DNA of 64,000 nt from positions 192,001 through 256,000 of the forward strand of contig CP084166.1 in NCBI GenBank assembly GCA_021513695.1, given 5' to 3'. Below, piece by piece: positions 40,782-50,741 of the stretch. The notes beneath the pieces were generated by a model, which was given only the letters and a program-made list of their open reading frames with translations, was not told the origin of the DNA and searched no databases. Made by a program: the position numbers and the translations under genes. Source of the stretch: Candidatus Heimdallarchaeum aukensis (lineage in GTDB: Archaea > Asgardarchaeota > Heimdallarchaeia > Heimdallarchaeales > Heimdallarchaeaceae). Every line of letters begins with the position of its first letter. The stretch's first letter is position 1.

Positions 40782-40885
40782 GTATTAATAAATCTATACT
40801 TTCACTTTGAGCTAAATCATTTCACCCTTTGGTTAAAAATCTTTTTTTAACCGTTTTTCTTGATCTGATAAAGGTAAAGATAATT

Positions 40886-42922
40886 TTACTCAAAATAAAC
40901 TTCTTTGATCTTTGTATCAATATATTCTTTTATTTCTTCATATTCCAATATATCTTCATGAGGATACTCTAATAGCTTTTTTTCAATCAAGACGGCTATT
41001 TCTTCAGTCTTTTTCTTTAGTGCATACGAAAAACGGTCTACGAATAAAGCAATTGTAAATTCACTTTTTCCTAATAAAAGCATTATATATTCAGAGTGTT
41101 CCAAAATTCTTAGCTCTCCTTTCTTTAGTTTTAGAGTTTTGCTTATATTTTTTATAGCATTAATCATTCCAACAATAAGCAACTCATCAGAATGGAAAAT
41201 ATCTCCATAAGAGTAACTATAGAAAGGAACATTTTCAACAATTAATAAGAAATGAAAAAGATGGAAGTTATTTCTACTGCTTCTAATCTCTGAAGTGAGT
41301 AATCCCTTTGTAGTGTATTGTTTTATTAGATTATCTATTTCTAAAGAAAAATCCATAGAAAAGGGAGTTTGTTCGAATTCTGAGTTTGCTTTTGCCTTCT
41401 TTAGTAGTTGATAGATTTGTCTAATATTCTCTTCTTTATAATTTAAATTATGCTTTTTACATATTATTTCCACTCTTTTTAGCAAATCTTCTGAAAGGTG
41501 AAGTTTGTTTGTATATATGTAAACTGTTGCTAATAGCAACATATAATTTACTAATTGATAAAAGGCATTAAGTTCTTTCAATAGAATAATTATTTCTTGA
41601 GAATATAACTCGATTTCCTCTAATATTTTTTGCTTATTAATTTTATTAGTCTCGATTTTAAACATTACAAGATATAATTCAATCAAGTAAAGAAGAGCAT
41701 TTAATGCTTGGGGAAAAAGGTTCAATTCTCTGGCATAATTTATTCCTTTTAGTAAATAATCTCTGGATGAATAGTAATTCATTTTATAAAATTCAAAAAT
41801 GCCTTTAGTTGTAATATAGGTAGTATAATAAGCGTTAAGTTTAGGCTCATCTAATTTAAATGTCTTTGAATATTTTTCTAAATACAATCCTGCTTTATCA
41901 AAATTGTTAGATATAGCGTATGTCTCTGCTGCTAAAGGATAAATATAATCAAGAGCAATATTGTATTGTTCACTAATTTTAATAGCCTGTTCTAGAAATT
42001 TAAGGGATTCAGGAATGTTATTTAACAGTCTGTAAGCATAGATTATTTCTGCATTTATCATGGCTATATTTCTTAATTCTTTCTTTTTTTCCATAAAAAT
42101 AAGAATGTTAAATAAGTGTTTTAAACCCTCTTTGAAAAATCCTTGTTTGAGCAAAACTACTGCATAATTTGCTTTAGCAACTATTTTTCCTCTTTCAATT
42201 TTTTCAGAACTGAATAATTTAATTGCCTCTGCATAGGCAACCTTACTTTCTATTATTGATCCAGAATAAAGAAGGCAATTTCCTTGCATATTTAGTAAAT
42301 ATGCGTGCAAGTAAACATCTGAAATATCATGTTTTAGGATTTTTTGTAATGCTTTCTCTGAAATGTAAATTCCTTTAATATATTGATGTTTCATGTAGTT
42401 GAACAAGGTTTCTGTATAAAGATACATTATTTCGTAAAATCTACAAAGTTTTTTATCTTTTTCAAATTCACTAACTTGGTCCAATATCTCTAATGCTTTA
42501 TTCAAATATTCTTCTGCTTGCTCAAGTTCGTTTATAACAGAATAGTATTCTACTACATGAAGAAAAAAATCAAAAAGATAGATAATTTGAGTATTGATTT
42601 TACCTTTATCCAGTTTTTCTATTATTTCTTCGATTTTTGGATAATCTCCTTGTATTGCTACAATACGCGAAAAAGAAGCAAAAATTTCAAAAGATTTAAA
42701 CTTCAGATAAAACTCTGATAATTTTTCTCTATCATCATAAATTAATAGAATTTTAGCAATTAAAGCTTGATAATCTGAAGGAACTGAAGAAGATAGAATT
42801 TCATCCCAATACTTTAGGATTGTATTGTAGAAATCAAAATAAGTGTTAAACAACTTTGGATGCATTTTTCCATGTAAGAAATCTTCTTCTAAAAACCTCT
42901 CATATCGCTTTATTTGCATCAT
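40886..42922 (-). CDS. Large TPR-repeat protein with C-terminal roadblock/LC7-like domain (paralogue 1)
   Basis: The 678 aa product has TPR-like amphipathic repeats through the central part. The C-terminus reads FHLFHFLLIVENVPFYSYSYGD...LIVGMINAIKNISKTL...FTIALFVDRF. Confidence 0.5.
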   Translation of the reverse strand: MMQIKRYERFLEEDFLHGKMHPKLFNTYFDFYNTILKYWDEILSSSVPSDYQALIAKILLIYDDREKLSEFYLKFKSFEIFASFSRIVAIQGDYPKIEEIIEKLDKGKINTQIIYLFDFFLHVVEYYSVINELEQAEEYLNKALEILDQVSEFEKDKKLCRFYEIMYLYTETLFNYMKHQYIKGIYISEKALQKILKHDISDVYLHAYLLNMQGNCLLYSGSIIESKVAYAEAIKLFSSEKIERGKIVAKANYAVVLLKQGFFKEGLKHLFNILIFMEKKKELRNIAMINAEIIYAYRLLNNIPESLKFLEQAIKISEQYNIALDYIYPLAAETYAISNNFDKAGLYLEKYSKTFKLDEPKLNAYYTTYITTKGIFEFYKMNYYSSRDYLLKGINYARELNLFPQALNALLYLIELYLVMFKIETNKINKQKILEEIELYSQEIIILLKELNAFYQLVNYMLLLATVYIYTNKLHLSEDLLKRVEIICKKHNLNYKEENIRQIYQLLKKAKANSEFEQTPFSMDFSLEIDNLIKQYTTKGLLTSEIRSSRNNFHLFHFLLIVENVPFYSYSYGDIFHSDELLIVGMINAIKNISKTLKLKKGELRILEHSEYIMLLLGKSEFTIALFVDRFSYALKKKTEEIAVLIEKKLLEYPHEDILEYEEIKEYIDTKIKEVYFE

Positions 42923-43046
42923 TTTATTTCATTATTACTTTATCATAGTATATCTCAAGAGTCGTTAAAAGTTTATCTGATTTTCAAAAATTGATTGATT
43001 CTCGGCGACTCAAAAATAATAAAATAGCTAGAGTTCAAAAGAATAA

Positions 43047-45095
43047 CTACTTTTCAAATATTTCAATTCTTAAATTATCTATTTCTTGTTTTATAGGAGT
43101 TAAAATCTTATTGGTAAAATAGTCAATCTGCAAAACTTCTGTTTGTTGCAATAAACTCTCAATTTTGTTAGCAAATTGAATCAAACGTTCTTTTACAGAA
43201 TAATAGAACTCATCAATGAAGAGAACAACTGAATATTTCTTTCGTTTTTCAATCATTACTATAAAATCAGTAAACTCGATAAGCTTAAAGATTCCATGTT
43301 TTTTTGTCAGAGAGTCACTGAACGATTCAATAGCTTTGAATAATCCAGATAGAAGAAGTTGTTTTTCTTCAATTTTTTCTCCTTTAAATTGATGTGAATA
43401 TAATGGTAAACCGTTAAAGTGAATAATTATTAGATTTATTAGGTGATCTTTGTTATATAAATTGAGGTTTACTTCTATGTTCCTAATTTCTGTAGAAGGT
43501 TTCTGTAATGTTTTTGTTATACTATTCAAACTGAATATTTGAAGAGCTTTATCATCTAACTTTTCAGGATTCTGTTCCATTTTTTTCAGTGTTTGCATTT
43601 CACGTAAAATTTCTTTAAGTTGAGTATTCATATTGTAGTTTTTACATAACTCTACAGTTAAAGAGTAAATATGGTTCGCAAGATCGAATTTCTCCTGAAG
43701 TGCATAAATCCTAGCTAAAAGTAATTGAAAATCTATTTTTAAGTAAATGTTGCTGTGTTTTCGTAATATTAGGGATATCTCTTCGCAAATTTCCTCTAAT
43801 TCACTTATAATTTCTTCAGAATACTGTATTTGTAATTTCTTAATCAAGTAAATTGAATGATATTTCAGTCCAGTTAGATAAAGGGGAAAATTTTTGATAC
43901 TTTTAGCTATTTCTATTCCTTTTTCCAGGAAAATAGATGCATTGTATAAATTTCCTCTTATTAATTCGTAATATCCCTTTAAAGAATAAAATGCACCATT
44001 ATGGAAACTGATGTTTTCTTTATCTTTTAAGATAATATTTTCAAATGTTTTCAAAAGTTTTTCAACAATATCAAATTTTTGAATTTGTATTGCGAACTCG
44101 ATTGATGATATTAATACTTCGTCGTCATAGACTAATCTTGTTTCTAAGAGTTTTATATTTTCTTTAAGATATTCTACTGCTTTTTCTGTTTTACCAATTT
44201 CTATTAGGCATTGCATAATCTCTCTATTTATTAAAGCTACATTTCTCAACTCATTGTTTTCAGAGAAAAATTCTTTGATTTTTATTAACTTAGGTAGAGC
44301 TTCTTTATGTTTTCCGAGTTTGATATCTAAAGAAGCTATATTTCCTTCTGTTACAATTTTTCCTCGATTATTATTCATTTCATTAAACAAATTAAATGAT
44401 TTATAGTAATTTGACTTCGATTGTTTAAGCAACCCTTTAAACATGTAAGCGTTACCTAGAGTGTTGTAAGTAACTGCTAAAAGAAATTCATCTGTTTTTT
44501 CAATATTTTCTAATATTTTTTTGGCTTCACTAAAGTAAAAAATAGCTTTATCTGACTCTCGATATCTAAAAACAGTGAAACCCAGAGTATAGAATAAATT
44601 TGCTTGAAGAAAAAGAAACAATTGACCTTCACTCTTATTTAAGAGAAGTTTGCATTGTGAAATTAGCTGAGAAGCTAATTCATTATTGAAAGTTGTAGCA
44701 AATATTTTTATTTCAGAGTTGTAGAAGTAAAATCTAGGAAAAATTGAAGATTTAGAAATAGATGCTAGATCAGTTTCTGCAATATATGTTTGTGCTTTAA
44801 TTAATCCTCTTTTTAATCGTAATATGTTGAGTAAAGGGCCTAAAGTTTCGATTGAATTATATTTTTTATAAAGAAATTCTAATTTATCATATTCTCCATA
44901 CATATTAAACAAATAACTAATTAAAAATTGAACATCAGGGGGTATGAAAATGTCTCTTATCTTTTTCCAATAATTTTGAACATTTCTGTAAAGATTAAAC
45001 TCTTTCACTTCTGTTATAGTTTTTAACTTTAGATATTTTTTTATCCAATTTTGATCATCAGAGTTTAATAACTGTAAATACCAATCCAAAACCAT
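43047..45095 (-). CDS. Large TPR-repeat protein with C-terminal roadblock/LC7-like domain (paralogue 2)
   Basis: The 682 aa product has the same architecture as paralogue 1. The C-terminus LIIIHFNGLPLYSHQF...LLLSGLFKAIESFSDSL...YSVVLFIDEF fits the roadblock alpha-beta-beta pattern. Confidence 0.5.
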   Translation of the reverse strand: MVLDWYLQLLNSDDQNWIKKYLKLKTITEVKEFNLYRNVQNYWKKIRDIFIPPDVQFLISYLFNMYGEYDKLEFLYKKYNSIETLGPLLNILRLKRGLIKAQTYIAETDLASISKSSIFPRFYFYNSEIKIFATTFNNELASQLISQCKLLLNKSEGQLFLFLQANLFYTLGFTVFRYRESDKAIFYFSEAKKILENIEKTDEFLLAVTYNTLGNAYMFKGLLKQSKSNYYKSFNLFNEMNNNRGKIVTEGNIASLDIKLGKHKEALPKLIKIKEFFSENNELRNVALINREIMQCLIEIGKTEKAVEYLKENIKLLETRLVYDDEVLISSIEFAIQIQKFDIVEKLLKTFENIILKDKENISFHNGAFYSLKGYYELIRGNLYNASIFLEKGIEIAKSIKNFPLYLTGLKYHSIYLIKKLQIQYSEEIISELEEICEEISLILRKHSNIYLKIDFQLLLARIYALQEKFDLANHIYSLTVELCKNYNMNTQLKEILREMQTLKKMEQNPEKLDDKALQIFSLNSITKTLQKPSTEIRNIEVNLNLYNKDHLINLIIIHFNGLPLYSHQFKGEKIEEKQLLLSGLFKAIESFSDSLTKKHGIFKLIEFTDFIVMIEKRKKYSVVLFIDEFYYSVKERLIQFANKIESLLQQTEVLQIDYFTNKILTPIKQEIDNLRIEIFEK

Positions 45096-45104
45096 ATTTT
45101 TCCC

Positions 45105-45800
45105 CTAAGTATATCTATCTTTAGGTCTCCTTTCTGGTATCATTTCAATTTCTTGATTTTTTGTGAAATCATAATCTTTCTTAAAGAATAGAGCACAATA
45201 GCATCTTCCATATTCATTGATATCTTCTTCTGCATAATCACAAGGACAACAAATATCTCTATCAAGCTGAATATTTTCGTTTGTATCTCGACAAGGACAA
45301 TTAAAATAACCTATTCTATTATAATTATCTTTTAGTCCTTGTATTAACATGTCTAAAGTTCCATCGTTATTTGGATGTAACTTCCAATTCTTCTTTTTAG
45401 CTATATTCTGAACATATTTCTTTACTTCTTCAAAAGTTTTTGACTTTTTACTTCTTCCAATACCATGAAAGAGTTTCTCCCATTTCTTTTTGTTAAATCC
45501 CATTTCATATTTTTCTCCGTCAATAACTACGAATGGAAAAGCTATAAACTCCAAATTAAAAGCATGTCTTATTTCTTTTTTGATCTCTTTTTTTTCATTA
45601 TAGTTTATTAGATCTATATCGATAAAATAGTAAGAAATTTTATTATCTTTTAGCCAATTTTTACTTTTTTTACACCATTGACATGTAGAGATAGCAAAGA
45701 GAAAAACTTCAAAATCAGTTGTTGAATCTTCAAATAGCTCTAAATTATAGTTTGGCAAACTCTTAATTTTTTTTGCTATCTTTAAGTTTAGTTTCTCCAT
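45105..45800 (-). CDS. Glutaredoxin-like / ferredoxin:thioredoxin-reductase catalytic-subunit-like fusion
   Basis: The N-terminal half has the CxxC motif CQWC. The C-terminal half reads CPCRDTNENIQLDRDICCPCDYAEEDINEYGRCYCALF, an FTRc-like motif with Tyr in place of the usual His. Confidence 0.6.
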   Translation of the reverse strand: MEKLNLKIAKKIKSLPNYNLELFEDSTTDFEVFLFAISTCQWCKKSKNWLKDNKISYYFIDIDLINYNEKKEIKKEIRHAFNLEFIAFPFVVIDGEKYEMGFNKKKWEKLFHGIGRSKKSKTFEEVKKYVQNIAKKKNWKLHPNNDGTLDMLIQGLKDNYNRIGYFNCPCRDTNENIQLDRDICCPCDYAEEDINEYGRCYCALFFKKDYDFTKNQEIEMIPERRPKDRYT

Positions 45801-45875
45801 AGTATCACTTATTCGTCAATATTATACTAACTGTGTTGATTAATAATAAATGTTCTTCTACTATCAATCCAATAA

Positions 45876-46427
45876 TTATAAAGTATTTAAAAAGGCTATT
45901 TCATTGAAATTCTTTCTTGGAGGTCTATTTTTTTCAGAGTTTGCATCCTTTTCTGATAATACTTCAGTATAATTCTCATTATGTCTTCCCACTATAATTA
46001 ATGTAATAATTCTGTATTCTTGGGGAATATTCAATACATTTTTAGCTTCTTCTTCGTTAAACCCAGCTATTGGATGGGCAACAAGTCCCATTTCTGTTAA
46101 ACGTAGGATAATATTTGCTGTTGCCATTCCTGTATCAAAAAGATAGTATTCTCTTCCTTTAACTATACAATCTAAATCTGGTTTAGAGAAAACAGCAATT
46201 ACCATTGAAGCTTTTTTCGCCCAAGCATTTGCTTCAGATAAAGTAGAAAAGATTTTTTCCAGATTTTCTTTCCCGTAAACAAAGACAAATCTCCAAGGTT
46301 GTTTGTTAAAACAAGAAGGAGCTAAACTTGCTAATTCAACCAATTCCTTTATCATTTCTTCTTTTACTTCAAAGGGAAGTAATGATCTGTATGCTCTCCT
46401 TTTATTAACTATTTCATAAAAATTCAT
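45876..46427 (-). CDS. Nitroreductase family protein
   Basis: VNKRRAYRSL...LAPSCFNKQPWRFVFV is the nitroreductase N-terminal signature. Confidence 0.7.
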   Translation of the reverse strand: MNFYEIVNKRRAYRSLLPFEVKEEMIKELVELASLAPSCFNKQPWRFVFVYGKENLEKIFSTLSEANAWAKKASMVIAVFSKPDLDCIVKGREYYLFDTGMATANIILRLTEMGLVAHPIAGFNEEEAKNVLNIPQEYRIITLIIVGRHNENYTEVLSEKDANSEKNRPPRKNFNEIAFLNTL

Positions 46428-46904
46428 TTAATCACCTTTTATATTTAAAATTGTAGACAAAACATCCATAGAATGCTCTTTAACTTTTACTTTTTCCCAT
46501 ATCTTAGCAACTTTTCCTTCAGGAGAAATAAGGAAGGTCTTTCTAGCTGTACCAAAAAACTTCTTCGGTCCCATTTTCTTCTTAACCCAACAACCATAAG
46601 CTTCAATTATTTCATGGTTTTCATCGCTTAGTAAAATTACTTTTAGATCCTTTTTCTCTTCAAATTTCTTAAGTTTACTAATTGGGTCATTACTTATCCC
46701 AAAAATTATGGCATCTCTTTTCTTGAATTCTTCAATTTGTTCAGAGAATGTTTTTGCTTCAATTGTACATCCTGGAGTATTTGCTCTGGGGTAAAAATAA
46801 ACTACAACCCATTTTCCTAAATAGTCTTTTAGACAATGTTCTTTCCCATTTTGGTCCTTTAGACAAAAATCAATGGCTTTATCACCAACTTTTAAATTTG
46901 ACAT
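46428..46904 (-). CDS. bcp: Peroxiredoxin (Bcp/PrxQ type)
   Basis: FYPRANTPGCTIEA is the peroxidatic Cys motif. Confidence 0.8.
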   Translation of the reverse strand: MSNLKVGDKAIDFCLKDQNGKEHCLKDYLGKWVVVYFYPRANTPGCTIEAKTFSEQIEEFKKRDAIIFGISNDPISKLKKFEEKKDLKVILLSDENHEIIEAYGCWVKKKMGPKKFFGTARKTFLISPEGKVAKIWEKVKVKEHSMDVLSTILNIKGD

Positions 46905-47006
46905 AATATCAAAGACTAGTTGTTTTTCAAATTATTTAAAAATGATGTTCTAACAAAAAAAATTTAGAAAGTTAGTTAAGAGAAAATTGAGAAAATTAAG
47001 AATTTT

Positions 47007-48023
47007 TTATCTGTGATATCCAACACCAATATCTTCTTTTACATCTAGATCAACAAAAATACATTCTTTCTTCTGTGGTACTGGATTAAGAGAATCTGCC
47101 ATCCAAAATTGATAATTTTTGAAGTTTGCAGCAGAAGCAACGTTTCCATCTTTATCCATTACCAAAATAGACAGAGTTCCTACATTAGGTTCCAAATTTT
47201 CAATCATTTTTATGGCATAAACAGCAGCTTCTTCTACATTTTTTCCTTTAGATAATTCATATACAGCTATTCTAGCGAGAGATAATCTGATGGCTATTTC
47301 TCCTACGCCTACACAAGCAGCTGCTCCATATCTGCTATCAGCATAATTCCCAGCACCAATTAAAGGAGAATCACCCGCTCTACCAGGAAACTTGAAAGAT
47401 AAACCACTAGTTGAAACTCCTGAGCAAATATTTCCATTAATATCTCGTGCAATAACATTGACTGTTCCATGTTTCTCTTTGGCATATTTTTCATACCAGG
47501 ACATTAAATCATTATTTTCGACCATTTTCTTGAAAGATTTAAAATATCTCTCTTTAAGTTTCATAGTTTTCTCGTTGTCGTAAGGATAAGTCTCGATCTT
47601 TTTCTTTTTTAAGAAATCATTGTATATAGCTTTGGCATTTTCTGTAAGTAATTCTGATTGAGGGAATCCAATAACATCTGCGAACAAATCAGCAAATTCC
47701 CCAACTAAAAGAACATGTGGGGTTAATTCTAATACTTTTCTTGCAATTGAAATGGGATTTTTGTGTTTTCTAACTCCTGCAACCGCTCCAGCTTTTAAGG
47801 TAGTTCCATCCATTATAGAGGCATCTAGTTCCACTTCACCTAGTAAATTGGCTAATCCTCCAATACCAACTGTCCAGTCATCCAAATTGTCTTCAACAAT
47901 CTTTATTGTCTCTTCTACAGCATCTATTGCCTTATTTCCTTGTAACAAAAGCTCAATCCCTTTAGGTAAACCAACATCAGAACGAATCGTTCCTGCAATA
48001 ACAGCTCTTTCCAATTTAATCAA
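47007..48023 (-). CDS. Isoaspartyl peptidase / L-asparaginase (Ntn hydrolase) with an internal insertion
   Basis: ...GTIRSDVG...HGTVNVIARD...GRAGDSPLIGAGNYAD... matches the family. A roughly 60 aa Lys-rich insert precedes the nucleophile Thr. Confidence 0.6.
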   Translation of the reverse strand: MIKLERAVIAGTIRSDVGLPKGIELLLQGNKAIDAVEETIKIVEDNLDDWTVGIGGLANLLGEVELDASIMDGTTLKAGAVAGVRKHKNPISIARKVLELTPHVLLVGEFADLFADVIGFPQSELLTENAKAIYNDFLKKKKIETYPYDNEKTMKLKERYFKSFKKMVENNDLMSWYEKYAKEKHGTVNVIARDINGNICSGVSTSGLSFKFPGRAGDSPLIGAGNYADSRYGAAACVGVGEIAIRLSLARIAVYELSKGKNVEEAAVYAIKMIENLEPNVGTLSILVMDKDGNVASAANFKNYQFWMADSLNPVPQKKECIFVDLDVKEDIGVGYHR

Positions 48024-48126
48024 TTGAGAGTTCAGCTGGAATTAAAAAGATTTACTATTTGGAATCAGAAGATGAAGTCTTAAGCTATTTAATAGTAGAA
48101 AAACATGTGGATAAAGAAAAGAAAAA

Positions 48127-48990
48127 TTATTTTTTATCTACAAAATTTATGGTTAAGATATTAATTATACCTTTTTCAACTAAATTAGCTAAGATTGCGA
48201 TATATTCACTAAAAGAAAAATTATACTTTAGTTCATTGTATATTAGTAATATGTTGTTTTTATCATTGTTTTTACACTTTTCAATAATAGAAGCTAGATT
48301 TCGACTTTCAACAGTATCAAGGTCATTAAAAATCTCTCCAAATTCAGTGTCTTCTTTTATAGTTTGAGGAATTGAGCAAATACTATTTATTATTAATTCA
48401 AGAGCAAGTTTATCGCTCAAGTTCATCTCGTTCGTTACCTTATCATCTAAAAATTTTAGTACAAGTTCTAAAGCTTTGACATCAATATAGGTTGCTTTAG
48501 AGTAAGCTTCTTCAATTCCAGTTAACCATTTTTTAACTTGTTTTTTCTGAACTTCTTTTTCTGTTAATATTTGAATTTCAAGGAATTGGTCATCAATAAT
48601 TATTTTATCTAAGTCGTTTTTTTTAGTTTGATCAAAAACAAATATCTTATTTCTAATTTTATCGTTTATTTGGAAATAATCAATGTTTCTGATTCTAATA
48701 AGATGATCAGTAATGATTTCAATTTTCGATCTCTCTACTTTTTGAGGAGAAGGAAGAGGAAGTCCAGGAATACTAGATTCATCATTTTCCTTTTTTACTG
48801 GAATCTGTGTCCTTACATTTAAATCAGAATCCACATGAAGTAGAATAGCATTTTCCTTATTACCTTTGCATTTGTGAACATCAATAATATCCATTAAACC
48901 TCTCGTATCTACATTAAAATTTATATTTTCAGGAAGACCCATTATTCTTTGTTTTAAGCAGATGTTACATTGATATTCTATCTTCTTCAT
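48127..48990 (-). CDS. Hypothetical protein, paralogue of 35162..36112 (C-x2-C...H-x-C N-terminus, wHTH-like C-terminus)
   Basis: YQCNICLKQRI...IDVHKCKG; C-terminus ...IAILANLVEKGIINIL. Confidence 0.4.
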   Translation of the reverse strand: MKKIEYQCNICLKQRIMGLPENINFNVDTRGLMDIIDVHKCKGNKENAILLHVDSDLNVRTQIPVKKENDESSIPGLPLPSPQKVERSKIEIITDHLIRIRNIDYFQINDKIRNKIFVFDQTKKNDLDKIIIDDQFLEIQILTEKEVQKKQVKKWLTGIEEAYSKATYIDVKALELVLKFLDDKVTNEMNLSDKLALELIINSICSIPQTIKEDTEFGEIFNDLDTVESRNLASIIEKCKNNDKNNILLIYNELKYNFSFSEYIAILANLVEKGIINILTINFVDKK

Positions 48991-49153
48991 TCAAACTCTA
49001 CCATTAAATTATATATTTATTTTATTCATGAAGGAATTAATTAATATTTTGGTTTTTTCTTTTAAAATTTCTTAGAGATAAAATTATATTTTAAAAAGTA
49101 ATCTTAAATTATGGCTTAAAACCTTTCTAGTTTAAACTTTTTTGTAATTTAAA

Positions 49154-50062
49154 TTAAGTTGGAATTTTATCAATTATTTTTTTCATTGTTTGTGTAAATT
49201 CGTATACACCAGGTTTGATATGAAAGTAATCATATGTTGGAACAGTTAATGTTTTACAGTTTGGAATAATCTCTTCTAATTTCTTTGACTCTTGATAATT
49301 GTGATATTTATCATGTTCTGTTAATATTAAGAAAACAGGGCTTTTAATACCTTTAAAGTCGTTTGTAGCATCCCACTTCCTAACTTGATTACAGTTTTTC
49401 CACTTTTCGATATTGATTTTTTCAACTCTCTGGTAATAAACTTCTTTCTGAAAACCTTCAGACACTTTGTTCCTTAAATACATTCTACCTATTTTTTTGC
49501 CTAACCAATTTACAATATTTTTAGGAAGAATTAGTGCTAATGTGATCAAAAAACCAGGCGCTCTAGGTTTTCTAGCAGGACTTGCAAAAAAGCAACACTT
49601 TGGCTCAATTTTTTCTTGAGTTATACAATGAGCAATGTATGTTGCTCCTACACTCGAACCGAAAAATACTATGTTCTTTTCTTCAATTTGGTAATGTTTA
49701 ATGATCTCTGCTATATCTTTTGCCATTCTCTGAACAGAACATTCTGAATCTTTTTGTAAATTGATAGTGTCTTTATCTCTAGGATCAATAACAAGTAAGT
49801 TGTATACTTCAGCTATAGCATCCCAAAGATCTGTCCATGTTTCTTTTTCAGAACCAAAACCTTGAATAAAGACAAAAGTGGTTCTATTAGTATTCTTATT
49901 TTTATTAGAATAAATGCAATAAATATCTAGGTTGTCAGAAACAGTAACATATTCTTTTTTTGCTTCATTAATGAATTTCCAATCGAACTTGTATTTTGAT
50001 TCAAAGTCGTTTTTAGGCATAAAAATGATTGTGAAAAACTTGTATAAAAAGTAATCCATCAT
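49154..50062 (-). CDS. Alpha/beta hydrolase
   Basis: FFGSSVGATY is a GxSxG nucleophile elbow. The product is 302 aa. Confidence 0.55.
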   Translation of the reverse strand: MMDYFLYKFFTIIFMPKNDFESKYKFDWKFINEAKKEYVTVSDNLDIYCIYSNKNKNTNRTTFVFIQGFGSEKETWTDLWDAIAEVYNLLVIDPRDKDTINLQKDSECSVQRMAKDIAEIIKHYQIEEKNIVFFGSSVGATYIAHCITQEKIEPKCCFFASPARKPRAPGFLITLALILPKNIVNWLGKKIGRMYLRNKVSEGFQKEVYYQRVEKINIEKWKNCNQVRKWDATNDFKGIKSPVFLILTEHDKYHNYQESKKLEEIIPNCKTLTVPTYDYFHIKPGVYEFTQTMKKIIDKIPT

Positions 50063-50259
50063 AAATGGAATTTATAGGCCTTTAAACAAATAAATATACA
50101 AATTCGTGAAAATAAATTTATGTTGTTTCATAGGTTAATTTCAGTTTTATTCATTGTTAATCACATACCCTCGTAACCCACTTTCTATATTTTTGTTACC
50201 TATTTTTCTTGAGTAAACAAGATAGAACAGAGCCTTAAATGTTAAAAAAAAGAGAAGGC

Positions 50260-50730
50260 TTACTCTCCAAGAATTTTTGTTTTAAGATTAGCCATTTCAA
50301 TTGCTGAAAGAGCAGCATCTACTCCTTTATTTCCCATTTTTGTTCCTGCTCGCTCTATTGCTTGTTCTAGTGTATCAGTTGTTAATATTCCGTAACTTAT
50401 TGGTACATCTAGGTTCAATGATGCTTTAGCAACTCCTTTTGATACTTCACTGGCTACGTAATCAAAATGTGGCGTTGCACCTCTAATAACTGCCCCCAGA
50501 GCTATTATTGCATCATATTTTTTCTTTTCGCCCATTATTTTGAGAGTATAAGGTATTTCAAAAGCTCCTGGAGTCCATACTACATCTATATCTTCATTCT
50601 CGACTTCATGTCGTATTAATGTATCTATGGCTCCTTTTAGCAATTTACTTGTAATTAGTTCATTAAACCTACTTACAACTATTCCGATCTTTAAATTTTT
50701 TCCTGTTTGTTTTCCTTCAAAAATTTTCAT
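50260..50730 (-). CDS. ribH: 6,7-dimethyl-8-ribityllumazine synthase
   Basis: [11 protein letters not shown]...[14 protein letters not shown] are the lumazine synthase hallmark segments. Confidence 0.85.
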   Translation of the reverse strand: MKIFEGKQTGKNLKIGIVVSRFNELITSKLLKGAIDTLIRHEVENEDIDVVWTPGAFEIPYTLKIMGEKKKYDAIIALGAVIRGATPHFDYVASEVSKGVAKASLNLDVPISYGILTTDTLEQAIERAGTKMGNKGVDAALSAIEMANLKTKILGE

Positions 50731-50741
50731 TTATACTCCTC

